Positions 1-9,359 of a stretch of DNA of 64,000 nt are shown in pieces. Numbering within the stretch: position 1 is the first letter of the stretch; the number at the start of each line of letters is the position of its first letter. The DNA comes from Escherichia phage VEc33. The notes below the pieces were generated by a model. It searched no databases and was not told where the DNA came from. It saw only the letters and a list, made by a program, of their open reading frames with translations. The stretch lies in the sequence record NC_048818.1; one strand, 5' to 3'. A program made the position numbers and the translations under genes.

Positions 1-551
1 AGAGCCTTATAACTGTATCCAGCTTGCATCCAGAGATTACGAAGAGATCGAACATTACCCAAATTCCAGAATTTCCACGGAACTACCTCTTCATTGGTTC
101 CAGCATGGAACGTGTTTGCAGAGTAGATAGTCATATCAAACTCTGGGCCATTGCCATAATACAAAGCATTTTCGCCTAGAGCCAACTCCATAATATTTTG
201 AGCCATAGAGAAGGCAGCATAGTTTGAGCCTAATTTATTAGTGCAATGATGTTTACCATTTTGGAAGGCAATCAGTTTTGGATTACGTTCCTTCATAGCT
301 TCCATAATGTGGATAGCAGACGGGCTATTTTTAGCTTGATCCATCCAGAATGCTAGAGTAGATGCTGTAACTTTGGCACCAGAATTAAGCTGATCCTGCA
401 CATCCAAAGTAACAAATACTAGATCAGGGTCTTTATCAACCCCATGCATAGCCACAAAAGCGAAAGAAGGCATTACGATATGAGTAGTACCACAATCTCC
501 TGGAGTTCCTAGAGATTCAATATCTAGCATACCAAATGGTTTTACTTTCAT
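1..551 (-). CDS. Partial DEDD-like 3'-5' exonuclease; N-terminus in window, C-terminus beyond window start
   Basis: Minus-strand ATG at 551-549; translation MKVKPFGMLDIESLG... has a D-x-E exo I-like motif. ORF runs off the window edge. Confidence 0.45.
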   Translation of the reverse strand, partial: MKVKPFGMLDIESLGTPGDCGTTHIVMPSFAFVAMHGVDKDPDLVFVTLDVQDQLNSGAKVTASTLAFWMDQAKNSPSAIHIMEAMKERNPKLIAFQNGKHHCTNKLGSNYAAFSMAQNIMELALGENALYYGNGPEFDMTIYSANTFHAGTNEEVVPWKFWNLGNVRSLRNLWMQAGYSYKA

Positions 552-579
552 AACTTATCCTTTATTGTGTAGAAAACTA

Positions 580-816
580 TTAAAGAGCTGTCTCTTTAAT
601 AGACTCCCACTTCTTGGGGTCTTTAAAACCAGGAAGCATATCCTCACTGACATCCCAGTTCTCCTCCATAGAGAGGTCGGGCCATTCATTCCAGCTACCT
701 TCCAGCTCTTCATAACAGGTATCCATTACCTCATGACTAGAAAGTCGTGTATAATCCCTAGCTGACTTATGGGTGCTAGCACGGTTAAAATCATTCTTTG
801 CTACAAAATTACGCAT
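580..816 (-). CDS. Hypothetical small protein (78 aa)
   Basis: ORF track; GGAG-type SD upstream of ATG at 816. Confidence 0.5.
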   Translation of the reverse strand: MRNFVAKNDFNRASTHKSARDYTRLSSHEVMDTCYEELEGSWNEWPDLSMEENWDVSEDMLPGFKDPKKWESIKETAL

Positions 817-831
817 AGTTTCTCCAAATAA

Positions 832-850
832 GAGGGGCTTTCGCCCCCTG
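832..850 (-). terminator. Short GC hairpin followed by T-rich tract on minus strand
   Basis: GGGGC-GAAA-GCCCC then TCTTATTT read on minus strand, between two minus-strand ORFs. Confidence 0.35.
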
Positions 851-857
851 ATTTAAA

Positions 858-1073
858 TCACTTGCCCAGCAGTTTAAGGATATTTTCCATAATAGTTTGG
901 GCAGATTTTTCACTCTTGTTGGTTTCAGCCAACTTTAAAGCGAGTTCTTCCTGCTGTTTCTGAATATCCGCAGCAATTTTTTGATCAGCCTCAATACGAG
1001 CTTGAAGCTCATCAGTGATAGTGGTAAAGGAAGCAACGATTTCAGTAACAGAACGTGGTTTCTTAGAGAACAT
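858..1073 (-). CDS. Hypothetical small coiled-coil protein (71 aa)
   Basis: ORF track; charged heptad-like composition. Confidence 0.5.
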   Translation of the reverse strand: MFSKKPRSVTEIVASFTTITDELQARIEADQKIAADIQKQQEELALKLAETNKSEKSAQTIMENILKLLGK

Positions 1074-1136
1074 AAAAATATCCTTGATTAGTTAGAGAAT
1101 TAGTAGATTGTAGGGGCAGAAGCCCCTATTTATCTA

Positions 1137-1652
1137 TTACTTCGCTTTACGCTTGCGAGCTGGTTTAGCAGATTTACGAGCAGAATCACCAGTGAACTTA
1201 ATGCCTACACCGTAACACAGAGCACGAACATTATCTTTACTATACTCTACGCCAAAGATATTTGGCTTAACAGAACCAAACTGTCCACGAGTATCACGCA
1301 ATACATCTGCTGTTGGTTTACGCTTCTGGTTAACTGCTTTCTCGTAATCTTTCATGGCCATGCCATTACGAGGGAACAATTCTGCTCCAGCATTGAAACT
1401 CAGTACTACTGGAACAGATTTGTGACCGTAACCCTGTACATAGGTCACAAGGTGGGCTACAGAACGAGTAGCGTTCTTAGCCTTCGGCTTTTGACGAATC
1501 GGAGCCGGATTATTTAGTGCTTGCGCAGCCTGAGTATCGGTAGGATGCTTACGCAGGTGGCGTTCCAGACGAGCTTTACGGTTAGCCTCAGTCTGAGGGA
1601 AAGTTTTAACTGTAGTAGCTGCTTGAGTTTTTGCGTTTTTCTGCTTAGCCAT
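1137..1652 (-). CDS. Hypothetical basic protein (171 aa), Lys/Arg-rich termini
   Basis: ORF track; promoter-like element and AGGAAAAC SD upstream. Confidence 0.55.
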   Translation of the reverse strand: MAKQKNAKTQAATTVKTFPQTEANRKARLERHLRKHPTDTQAAQALNNPAPIRQKPKAKNATRSVAHLVTYVQGYGHKSVPVVLSFNAGAELFPRNGMAMKDYEKAVNQKRKPTADVLRDTRGQFGSVKPNIFGVEYSKDNVRALCYGVGIKFTGDSARKSAKPARKRKAK

Positions 1653-1690
1653 TATTTGTTTTCCTTTTTGTTTATCAATTTATGAAGTAT

Positions 1691-1719
1691 ATTATACGGT
1701 AATTTGAAGCGTTTAGCAA
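1691..1719 (-). promoter_or_regulatory. Sigma70-type promoter, minus strand (-35 TTGCTA, 17 bp spacer, -10 TATAAT)
   Basis: Plus-strand attata at 1691-1696 and tagcaa at 1714-1719; reverse complement gives TTGCTA-N17-TATAAT upstream of the 1137-1652 gene. Confidence 0.6.
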
Positions 1720-1735
1720 ATGAATTTTTTAAAAA

Positions 1736-2014
1736 TTATCTACCAACCATCTTGGCTTGTTCTGCATCGGAAACATATTGATACGCTCCTTTATTATACG
1801 CTGGAGCAGTACACATTTTCTTACGCTCAATCTCTTCTTGGGCTTTTCTTTCGCGTTCAGCTAATTCTTCATCCAGATAAACTAAACGTTGTTCTGGAGG
1901 AGGTGGAAGACGTGTTTCTGGCTCACCAATATTAGCCTTTCTTATTTGACGAGGTGATTGTGCACGTTTTCTCAACGGTTTAAATCCTAATGAATTTGAG
2001 TTATAAATTCGCAT
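1736..2014 (-). CDS. Hypothetical protein (92 aa)
   Basis: ORF track; preceded on minus strand by promoter and GAGGAGG SD. Confidence 0.5.
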   Translation of the reverse strand: MRIYNSNSLGFKPLRKRAQSPRQIRKANIGEPETRLPPPPEQRLVYLDEELAERERKAQEEIERKKMCTAPAYNKGAYQYVSDAEQAKMVGR

Positions 2015-2041
2015 AAAGCCCTCCTCACTTTCAATACGAAT

Positions 2042-2070
2042 ATTATACTAAATTAGAGGGCTTTAAGCAA
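2042..2070 (-). promoter_or_regulatory. Sigma70-type promoter, minus strand (-35 TTGCTT, 17 bp, -10 TATAAT)
   Basis: Plus attata 2042-2047 and aagcaa 2065-2070. Confidence 0.6.
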
Positions 2071-2090
2071 GAAGATTTTTAATTTATTTA

Positions 2091-2567
2091 TTACATCTCA
2101 GCCATTTCAGCTTCAGTAATAACTGTGTTACACAATGCATCTACAGCTTCATTACCACTAATACCAGAATGTCCTTTAACCTTAATAAAGGTAGGATTAG
2201 TATTGTGAAAGTTGATATACTGCTGTGTTAATTTAAATGCTTCCTGCCAAAGTTCTAGATTAAGAGGGACTTCACCATCTGCTTTCTTCCAGCCTTTCCT
2301 TTGCCAAGAAAACATCCAACTTTCCATACCATTTTTGCAATAAGCAGAGTCAGTATAGATAGCAATTGGTCTATTATCTTTTTTAACAGACCAACGTAGG
2401 GCTTCTACGATAGCTGTGAGTTCCATCTCATTATTTGTAGTTTTAGGATTATAACCAGATTTAGAACCTAAACGATCGTCGTTATCATCATAGACAATAA
2501 AACCCCAAGCACCTGGACCTGGATTAGACTTACAAGCACCATCTGTGTAAATGTGGAAAACCGACAT
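2091..2567 (-). CDS. rnh: Ribonuclease H
   Basis: Motifs TDGAC, ELTA, YTDS, KGHSG..NE..D. ATG at 2567 with GGGAGG SD; overlaps upstream stop as TAATG. The ORF-track start at 2579 is a TTG. Confidence 0.85.
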   Translation of the reverse strand: MSVFHIYTDGACKSNPGPGAWGFIVYDDNDDRLGSKSGYNPKTTNNEMELTAIVEALRWSVKKDNRPIAIYTDSAYCKNGMESWMFSWQRKGWKKADGEVPLNLELWQEAFKLTQQYINFHNTNPTFIKVKGHSGISGNEAVDALCNTVITEAEMAEM

Positions 2568-2848
2568 TATACCTCCCAACTAATTTTAAGACCCATGTCT
2601 ACAAAGGTGGCTTCTCGGTAGTATTGTGAGAGATGATACCCCTTATCCGATAAGGTTTTTAGTACCGATTTAGCTGCTCCTGGCATTTCTCTAGGATTAT
2701 ATAGCCACCTAGCGTAAGGATTATCTCGAATAATTACTTCTGTATTTCCAGACTTAGCAGCTTCTACAATCTTTTCTTCTATAAACTTTAGAAATGCGGG
2801 TACTTCTGTTAATCCTGCAAGTTCTTGGGCTTCTTTGGCTGAAATCAT
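2567..2848 (-). CDS. Hypothetical protein (93 aa)
   Basis: ORF track; TGGAGG SD and promoter upstream. Confidence 0.55.
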   Translation of the reverse strand: MISAKEAQELAGLTEVPAFLKFIEEKIVEAAKSGNTEVIIRDNPYARWLYNPREMPGAAKSVLKTLSDKGYHLSQYYREATFVDMGLKISWEV

Positions 2849-2873
2849 TGTATACCTCCAATTTATAAAATAT

Positions 2874-2902
2874 ATTATATTTAAATTTCACTAAATAAGC
2901 AA
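2874..2902 (-). promoter_or_regulatory. Sigma70-type promoter, minus strand (-35 TTGCTT, 17 bp, -10 TATAAT)
   Basis: Plus attata 2874-2879 and aagcaa 2897-2902; downstream region ATAAATTGGAGG resembles the family consensus. Confidence 0.6.
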
Positions 2903-2941
2903 ATGAAATTTAAATATAATAGCCCCGAAGGGCTATTTAAG

Positions 2942-3781
2942 TTAAGAGGACATTTTAGCTTTAAGAGCCGGATGCGGATCATATCCTTCAAGCTGGAAAG
3001 ACCAAGCTGCCGTATTATTTTCTAATAAATCGTAAAGATCTACAAACTCTGGCATTACTAGAGTAGGTAAAGCACGAGGTTTACGTTTTACCTGTTCTTC
3101 TACCTGTTCCATGTGGTCATTATAGATATGAGTATCACCACCACTAAAGATAAGATAACGAGGTTTTAATCCTGTCAGTTTTGCTAATATATGCGTTAAT
3201 AAAGCATAGCTAGCAATATTGAAAGGTAAACCGAGGAAACAATCCACCGAGCGTTGTGTCCATTTAAGATCTAGGTATCCATCGTTACTTACATAGCACT
3301 GGAAGCCATAGTGACAGGGTGGTAATGCCATTTTATCAAGTTCAGCTACATTCCATGCAGATACTAGGTGTCTACGACCATGTGGATTATTCTTGAGACC
3401 CTCAATGAGTTCTAGGATCTGATCTCGTCCACCAAAGTTGCGCCATTGTTTACCATATACTGGCCCTAGATTACCATTGTCATATCCCATACTTATGGCT
3501 TGGTCTTCATAATTTGGAGTCCAGATGGTCCACTGTCCTTCGTCACGCCCAAATGTGAATACTCGCAGATCATGGAGATTTGTAGATCCAGATAAAAACC
3601 ATAAGAGTTCTCCAACTACCGACTTCCAAGCTAGACGTTTAGTGGTTACAGCTGGGAATCCCTCACGTAGATCGAACTTAGCATAGGAATCAAAAATTGA
3701 AACTGTGCCTGTTCCTGTACGATCGTTACGTGGTTCACCTAGTAGAATTACATCTGTTAGAATTTTTAAATATTGTTGCAT
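2942..3781 (-). CDS. thyA: Thymidylate synthase
   Basis: Translated motifs RTGTGT, LPPCH (active-site Cys), DTHIY; 279 aa. Confidence 0.95.
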   Translation of the reverse strand: MQQYLKILTDVILLGEPRNDRTGTGTVSIFDSYAKFDLREGFPAVTTKRLAWKSVVGELLWFLSGSTNLHDLRVFTFGRDEGQWTIWTPNYEDQAISMGYDNGNLGPVYGKQWRNFGGRDQILELIEGLKNNPHGRRHLVSAWNVAELDKMALPPCHYGFQCYVSNDGYLDLKWTQRSVDCFLGLPFNIASYALLTHILAKLTGLKPRYLIFSGGDTHIYNDHMEQVEEQVKRKPRALPTLVMPEFVDLYDLLENNTAAWSFQLEGYDPHPALKAKMSS

Positions 3782-4314
3782 TAATAAGTAACCAATTCCT
3801 GTACAAATCGCAGGCTGTTATCACTGTTTGCGCCAACTGCATAGACTAATCGAGTGGATTCATAGTTATAATCCAGTATCATACTATCTAGGTGTATATC
3901 TGCCTCTAGCTTCTGCTCGCTAAAGATTGTAGATACAAAAGCACTTTCAATATGCCCATGTTGGTACATTTCTAGAAGAAGATTAGCTCCACCTAGAACT
4001 ACTGTTTGCTGATCTTTTAGAAAAGTAGGTAATGTATCACCTATCATTGATATGGGAGTGTAAATATCGTGTGTAATATCATCTGGCAGTGGACGATCAG
4101 CACGAATAAATAGGTCAGAAGCTCCAATCATACGTTCCCTAACGGCGTATGGAAGAGCTAAATAAGTACCTGCCCCAATAATAATATTATCAGGATTTAG
4201 TACATCTAATTGTGAATAAAAAGCATCTAGTTCTTCTTTAAAAGAACCCCAGGGAAGCTTACCTCGGAGGCCGAACTCCCCATTCGGCCCAACTGCATAC
4301 ATTGCTGTAATCAT
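3781..4314 (-). CDS. frd: Dihydrofolate reductase
   Basis: DHFR-like N-terminus (VGPNGEFGLRGKLPW), about 177 aa; translationally coupled to thyA and nrdB. Confidence 0.85.
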   Translation of the reverse strand: MITAMYAVGPNGEFGLRGKLPWGSFKEELDAFYSQLDVLNPDNIIIGAGTYLALPYAVRERMIGASDLFIRADRPLPDDITHDIYTPISMIGDTLPTFLKDQQTVVLGGANLLLEMYQHGHIESAFVSTIFSEQKLEADIHLDSMILDYNYESTRLVYAVGANSDNSLRFVQELVTY

Positions 4315-5456
4315 AGGAAATCTCCAAATTCATTGCCCAGATCTTTCAGAGTATCAGTAGAGGTCTCAGTTACCTGACCTACACGGTAAGCTGCACCAAT
4401 CTGGATTTCTTGTGGAGCAGGCTGTAGAGAAGTAGTATCCAACCAGTTCATGATCCACGGAATAGGGTTTTTGGTGATTACTGGTAAGTGACTAGGCCAT
4501 TCTACACCAATGTGTATAAATGCGTTACGTCCCACAAAGTACAAGTATTCTTCTAGAAGTTCTGCATTCAAACCAATCAGACTACGACCTTTGAAGATGA
4601 AATGACCCCATTCAATTTCAGTTTTCAGAGTTTTCAGGAGCTGTGCTGGTGCTTTAGCCACTGCTTCATCTACCAGATCTTTGTCAAACTGCTGGAACAT
4701 AATCTGGATGATTGTTTTAGACATCTGAGTATGTAGGGCTTCATCTTTAGCAATCAATTGCAGATTTTTAGCAATACCTTGCAGAATATCGTTCTCTGCT
4801 AACGCAAAGGTACATGCAAAGGATGCGTAGAACTGCATTGCTTCCAGACCGTAGATTGCAAAATAAGCATCTAACAGTTTAGCCTGAGTTTCACGCTTAA
4901 CTTCAGGGAACTCAGTTTCTGGATATGTATTGTCACCACGATGATCACGTACTGCAATGAAATACTGACCTAACTGGTACAGTTCATCAAACAGTTCAAC
5001 AGAATCTGCGATACGTGCAAATGCTTCTTGGTTTTTAGTTACAGAATCAATAAATTCTGCCGGATCAGTCAGCACATTACGGATAATGTTGCTATACGCA
5101 CGGCTATGCAGGTCTTCGAAGTAGCTCCACTGTTTTAGCATTCCTTCCAGTTCAGGGCGGCTTACAAGTGGCATAATAGCTGCTTCAGGCGCTCGACTGA
5201 TAAAGGAATCAGTTTGGGTCTGCCATGCTAAGTTCAGGAGTGTAATTTCCTGAATTTCACGTGGGAGGTTGGGCCATTGTTTCTTATCTGCTTCCAGACT
5301 GATTTCAGTTTCAGTCCAAAATTGAGAGCGTTGCAGAAGTGCCAGACGCTCTAATTCTGGATGGGCTACACGCACATAGTCTGCGATACCAAGAGAGTCT
5401 CCCAGGAAAAGATCAGCGTTAGTATGATCCCAGTTCAGGTTTAGTAAAGTAGTCAT
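4311..5456 (-). CDS. nrdB: Ribonucleotide reductase class Ia small (beta) subunit
   Basis: Ferritin-like di-iron/tyrosyl-radical signature regions (e.g. KDEALH), 381 aa, adjacent to nrdA. Confidence 0.9.
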   Translation of the reverse strand: MTTLLNLNWDHTNADLFLGDSLGIADYVRVAHPELERLALLQRSQFWTETEISLEADKKQWPNLPREIQEITLLNLAWQTQTDSFISRAPEAAIMPLVSRPELEGMLKQWSYFEDLHSRAYSNIIRNVLTDPAEFIDSVTKNQEAFARIADSVELFDELYQLGQYFIAVRDHRGDNTYPETEFPEVKRETQAKLLDAYFAIYGLEAMQFYASFACTFALAENDILQGIAKNLQLIAKDEALHTQMSKTIIQIMFQQFDKDLVDEAVAKAPAQLLKTLKTEIEWGHFIFKGRSLIGLNAELLEEYLYFVGRNAFIHIGVEWPSHLPVITKNPIPWIMNWLDTTSLQPAPQEIQIGAAYRVGQVTETSTDTLKDLGNEFGDFL

Positions 5457-5534
5457 TGATTTTCCTCTTTCTCACTATTTCAGGAATATTATAGCAAATC
5501 AGGTAGCGATTAGCAAGTAAAATTTCAAAGAAAA

Positions 5535-5554
5535 AGGAGACCCGAAGATCTCCT
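5535..5554 (-). terminator. Hairpin plus T-tract (minus strand) between nrdA and nrdB
   Basis: AGGAGA-loop-TCTCCT stem; on minus strand followed by TTTTTCTTTG. Confidence 0.45.
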
Positions 5555-5562
5555 TGTTTTTA

Positions 5563-7893
5563 TTATAACTGGCAACCACCAGAAGCACAACCCGCTGCTT
5601 CTTCTCCAGCCCCACCACCATTTGCAGTGTTGAAGTTTGCGTAGTACCAAGTTTTTATACCGTACTTAACAGCAGTCATGAAATCACGAACTACTACTGG
5701 GCCAGGGATGATTTCATTCTCGAATTTAGAGTAATCATAATACATCTGGAAACTTGATGACTGATTCAAGAATTTTTGGTAAACGGCGTTCCACTTGATC
5801 CACTCAGTGCGATCAATATCATAGGCCAGTTTATAGCTCATGAGAGTATCCCAATCGGTTGCACCTGGAGCAATTGCAATTACTTTATTCACTGCACTAC
5901 CTTTGATAGATACAATCTTACGAGGTGGCTCAATTGAGTTGGTAACACCCAATAGTACAGAAGAGCTTTCTCCCGGCATCTGCGCAGTCAGAACAGAGTT
6001 ACGCATACCGTATTTCAGAATATCTGCACGCAGAGATTCCCAGTCCATTTCTAGACCTACGGATACCAGTTCATCAACAGTTTTCTTGTACGTGTCGATT
6101 ACCAGAGTTCCTTTAGATGGTTTAGTACGATCGAACCATTCACATGCACCTTGCTCTTTGGCTAGACGTACAGAGGCTTTATGCAGGAAGTAAGACAGTT
6201 TTTCAGCCTCACGATGAATCCAGTTACGTGCTTCAACACCTTCGTAGGCCAAACCTTCCGCCGCCATTGCACCTGCTGCGTTCATCAGACCAATACCAAC
6301 ATTACGACGTTTCTTAGCCGTATATTCCATAGTTGGGAACGGATAATCCTGAATTTCAATGATGGTATCAACGAATTTCAGAAGAATATAGCAAGTCTTT
6401 TCCCACTCAGCCAGAGATTCCATGCGTCCTAGTACAACACCACCTAAGTTACACAGAGATACTTCCCCAATATCCTCCGGCTTCATTTGATCAAGTTGTT
6501 CTTTTGTTTTATACAGTTCCGTGATATGATGGAACGGGCGTGTAGGCTGAGTAATTTCAACACAAAGGTTTGTCATACGGATTGGATCAAGGAAGTTACC
6601 GTGACGATTAGATTCCCCGATGTGGTGTGCATACATACGTCCTGTTTCCATTCGGATACGTAGCCAAGTATCTAGGATTTCTTTTGCTGAGACTTTAGGA
6701 GCTGCTGGAACTGTTTTTCCTTCGTGGTCGATCTTTGTAAGAGATGCCACACGTTTCTCCGCTGCCACATAGATTTCTTCAAATTTAGCCTCGTCATCAC
6801 TATAAAACGCTTCATGAACTTCTGGAGCATAGAAGTATGACATTAGCGTAATATCTTCATTTTTCAGATAACGTTTTAACAAAAGATTGTTGAAGCTCAG
6901 AGAATAATCCATCTTATCGATTTTATTCTCATCTGTAGCACGTTGTTGCTTAACCTGCATCAATTGAATGATTTCAGGGTCAAAGTATGGATAAGACACT
7001 GTAGCAGAACCACCACGAGTTTGCTGAGTATTGGCCTTTACTGAGCGGTCAATGTGTCGATAATATGGCAGTTTTCCGGAATGCGGGAATGCCCCATTTC
7101 GCACCGGATCAGCAATTGATCGGCTTTCAAGATGATACCCGATTCCAGCTCTGGCTGCGACCATTTTGAAGACGATGTGCTCGGCTGTGTCGATTGAATC
7201 CAACGTGTCAGTGGAATCCACGAGGCAGCAACTAGCAAATCCACGGTCACTAGAACGCAAACCAACCAGTGGCGGCGTAGGAACGTTGATTTTGTGGAGC
7301 GACATTGCATTGTAGAGATCGATTGCATCTAGAATTGTCCAGTTGGGTTGAGATAACATCGCCATTGCCATGCCCATATAGGCAAATTGCGGGGTTTCGT
7401 AAATTTCGCCAGTTGCGATATTACGACGAGAATACTTATCAAAGAATTGTTTCAATCCTCCGCTAGTGAAAAGACGGTCGCGATCATGGTCGATAACCTG
7501 ATTCAGAGCTTCAAATTGCTCATCGGTAATCCATGCACTCATGTCTTCCCATGCACCTACACTAACCATATGATCGTGGAAAAAGCGCAGAGAAGGTGGT
7601 TCGAAGGAATCATAAAGGCGTTTACGCATTTGCGCAAGACGTAATTCCTTTGCTGGCACGTCGTATGCTGGATTATCTTTGATAAGACTTTCAGCAGCCT
7701 TAATTAAAGCATCCATCAGAGTGTCGGAATCTACAATCCCCTTAGGTAGAGTTTTTTGAGCAGCCATAGTAATGGCTGACCAACTTACATCAACTGTTTT
7801 GCAACCATACTCTGCCCAACCATTGAGTTTTTCAGGAGCAAAGTCTTCTACAGTACCGTCACGTTTAATTACTTTTTCGATGCGATGGCTCAT
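5563..7893 (-). CDS. nrdA: Ribonucleotide reductase class Ia large (alpha) subunit
   Basis: N-terminal ATP cone (RIEKVIKRDGTVEDF), C-terminal CASGGCQL Cys pair. Start set at ATG 7893 with AGGAAAAC SD; the ORF-track start at 7998 adds an unlikely 35 aa extension. Confidence 0.93.
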   Translation of the reverse strand: MSHRIEKVIKRDGTVEDFAPEKLNGWAEYGCKTVDVSWSAITMAAQKTLPKGIVDSDTLMDALIKAAESLIKDNPAYDVPAKELRLAQMRKRLYDSFEPPSLRFFHDHMVSVGAWEDMSAWITDEQFEALNQVIDHDRDRLFTSGGLKQFFDKYSRRNIATGEIYETPQFAYMGMAMAMLSQPNWTILDAIDLYNAMSLHKINVPTPPLVGLRSSDRGFASCCLVDSTDTLDSIDTAEHIVFKMVAARAGIGYHLESRSIADPVRNGAFPHSGKLPYYRHIDRSVKANTQQTRGGSATVSYPYFDPEIIQLMQVKQQRATDENKIDKMDYSLSFNNLLLKRYLKNEDITLMSYFYAPEVHEAFYSDDEAKFEEIYVAAEKRVASLTKIDHEGKTVPAAPKVSAKEILDTWLRIRMETGRMYAHHIGESNRHGNFLDPIRMTNLCVEITQPTRPFHHITELYKTKEQLDQMKPEDIGEVSLCNLGGVVLGRMESLAEWEKTCYILLKFVDTIIEIQDYPFPTMEYTAKKRRNVGIGLMNAAGAMAAEGLAYEGVEARNWIHREAEKLSYFLHKASVRLAKEQGACEWFDRTKPSKGTLVIDTYKKTVDELVSVGLEMDWESLRADILKYGMRNSVLTAQMPGESSSVLLGVTNSIEPPRKIVSIKGSAVNKVIAIAPGATDWDTLMSYKLAYDIDRTEWIKWNAVYQKFLNQSSSFQMYYDYSKFENEIIPGPVVVRDFMTAVKYGIKTWYYANFNTANGGGAGEEAAGCASGGCQL

Positions 7894-8236
7894 TTGGTTT
7901 TCCTTTTTATAGTTATCAGGATTTAGGAAATAGTTTACTTTATTCTCAGTCATTTGGCAAATAAAATTTTCTGATAGAAAAGGCCCGAGTATTTTCATAC
8001 CCAGGCCTTCTGTGTTGTCAGTCTAGTTTTTGGCCACTTAAGTTCTCAGCAGAATATCTATTGAGGTACTTAGTTCATTATAATTGAAGGGCCGATTTGG
8101 ATTTGAGGTTACAATTTTCCACGCTAGGGTAGTCTTAGGACTATCTTCCCCTTCCTTACGTGTAATCATATTAGCAGCACTCAGTGAAGTACGATGTATT
8201 TTTGTTTTACGGTGTAGATGTACGACGTTTCCCATA

Positions 8237-8998
8237 TTACACCTTCCCCATGTCTTTAAAAATATCGTAGAATGCTTTAGACTCAGCAGAACGAACGTTA
8301 TCAATCAATTCGATCATTGAGAATGGAGCATTTTCATATTTCTCATAAACTTCCATAAGAAGAGCTAGACCTGAGTCACCTTTAATATCTTTCTGAGCTA
8401 TATCTCCGCAGATAATTAAACGGCAGTCTTGTCCTACACGAGTTAGGAGACAAACCATTGCCTCAACGGAAATATTCTGAGCTTCATCGACAATTACATA
8501 GGAGTTGTTGAAAGTTCTGCCACGAGCATGTTCTATAGCCAAAAATTTAATTTTCTGACGTTCGACATATCCCTTATAGGCATGATCACCGATGGCCCAT
8601 TTCATACCATCAGCTATTGGCTCCAACCAAGGCTCTAGCTTTTCTGCTAGATCACCAGGAAGCATACCAAGAGACTTACCTAGAGGTTCATTAGGACGTA
8701 CGAGGATCACTTGCTCAATATCTGAGTGAATGTCTACGAGTTCCTGAGCTGCAAGAACAGACGGGATAAAGGTTTTACCTGTACCTGGCTCACCGATACC
8801 CACAGTCACTGTGTTGTTCTTGATCATATTGATATATGATTTTTGCTCTCGGTTTTTACCTACTAGGGATTTAGCAACTGGGTTAGCGTAATCATTAGAA
8901 AAATCAGCCTGAATTACGTTATTCTCATATTTGTTGCCACGCTTTCTTGAACCATTGCGGTTCTCTCTTTTTTGACGTGCTTTTCCCATAAATAACAC
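8237..8998 (-). CDS. phoH: PhoH-like ATPase
   Basis: Walker A GEPGTGKT, Walker B VIVDEAQN, typical PhoH length (253 aa). Confidence 0.88.
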   Translation of the reverse strand: MLFMGKARQKRENRNGSRKRGNKYENNVIQADFSNDYANPVAKSLVGKNREQKSYINMIKNNTVTVGIGEPGTGKTFIPSVLAAQELVDIHSDIEQVILVRPNEPLGKSLGMLPGDLAEKLEPWLEPIADGMKWAIGDHAYKGYVERQKIKFLAIEHARGRTFNNSYVIVDEAQNISVEAMVCLLTRVGQDCRLIICGDIAQKDIKGDSGLALLMEVYEKYENAPFSMIELIDNVRSAESKAFYDIFKDMGKV

Positions 8999-9062
8999 TC
9001 CTATAGTGTACTTCGCTAACAGAGGATCAACAAAAAGATCTTGTTTATCAACTTACAAATAT

Positions 9063-9091
9063 ATTATACCAGTATATGCAGTAAAAAGCAA
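9063..9091 (-). promoter_or_regulatory. Sigma70-type promoter, minus strand, for phoH (-35 TTGCTT, 17 bp, -10 TATAAT)
   Basis: Plus attata 9063-9068 and aagcaa 9086-9091; divergent from the nrdD promoter. Confidence 0.6.
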
Positions 9092-9301
9092 CTACAATTT
9101 TAAATAAGCCTATGATATTGCATTTAAATAAAAAATTTGCTTGCTTTTAACTGGAAATGTATGGTATTAGATAATCATTTTATACCGCGTACATAGGCGC
9201 GTGATTATACTATTTTAAGTACAAAATAGCAAATAAATTTTTTAACAATTTGCTAACTTTTTAGCACAGATCAAAATACAATATCTAAGAGAAAAATTAT
9301 A

Positions 9302-9330
9302 TTGACATTTGCCCTTGAATAAGCTATAAT
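9302..9330 (+). promoter_or_regulatory. Consensus sigma70 promoter (TTGACA, 17 bp, TATAAT) for nrdD
   Basis: TTGACA 9302-9307, TATAAT 9325-9330, then AAAAGGAGGG SD and ATG at 9360. Confidence 0.75.
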
Positions 9331-9359
9331 AGTAGTCTTAGTTAGAAAAGGAGGGTATA

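Noticed and set aside
5840-6432. Plus-strand ORFs (117 and 83 aa) inside nrdA
   Set aside because: Antisense to a highly conserved NrdA coding region; no SD; low-complexity translations.
7894-7998. N-terminal 35 aa extension of nrdA in the ORF track
   Set aside because: An internal ATG at 7893 has a proper SD and yields a canonical NrdA N-terminus with ATP cone; the extension has no SD.
8038-8320. Two overlapping small ORFs between nrdA and phoH
   Set aside because: No SD or promoter context, atypical composition; more likely untranslated intergenic sequence.
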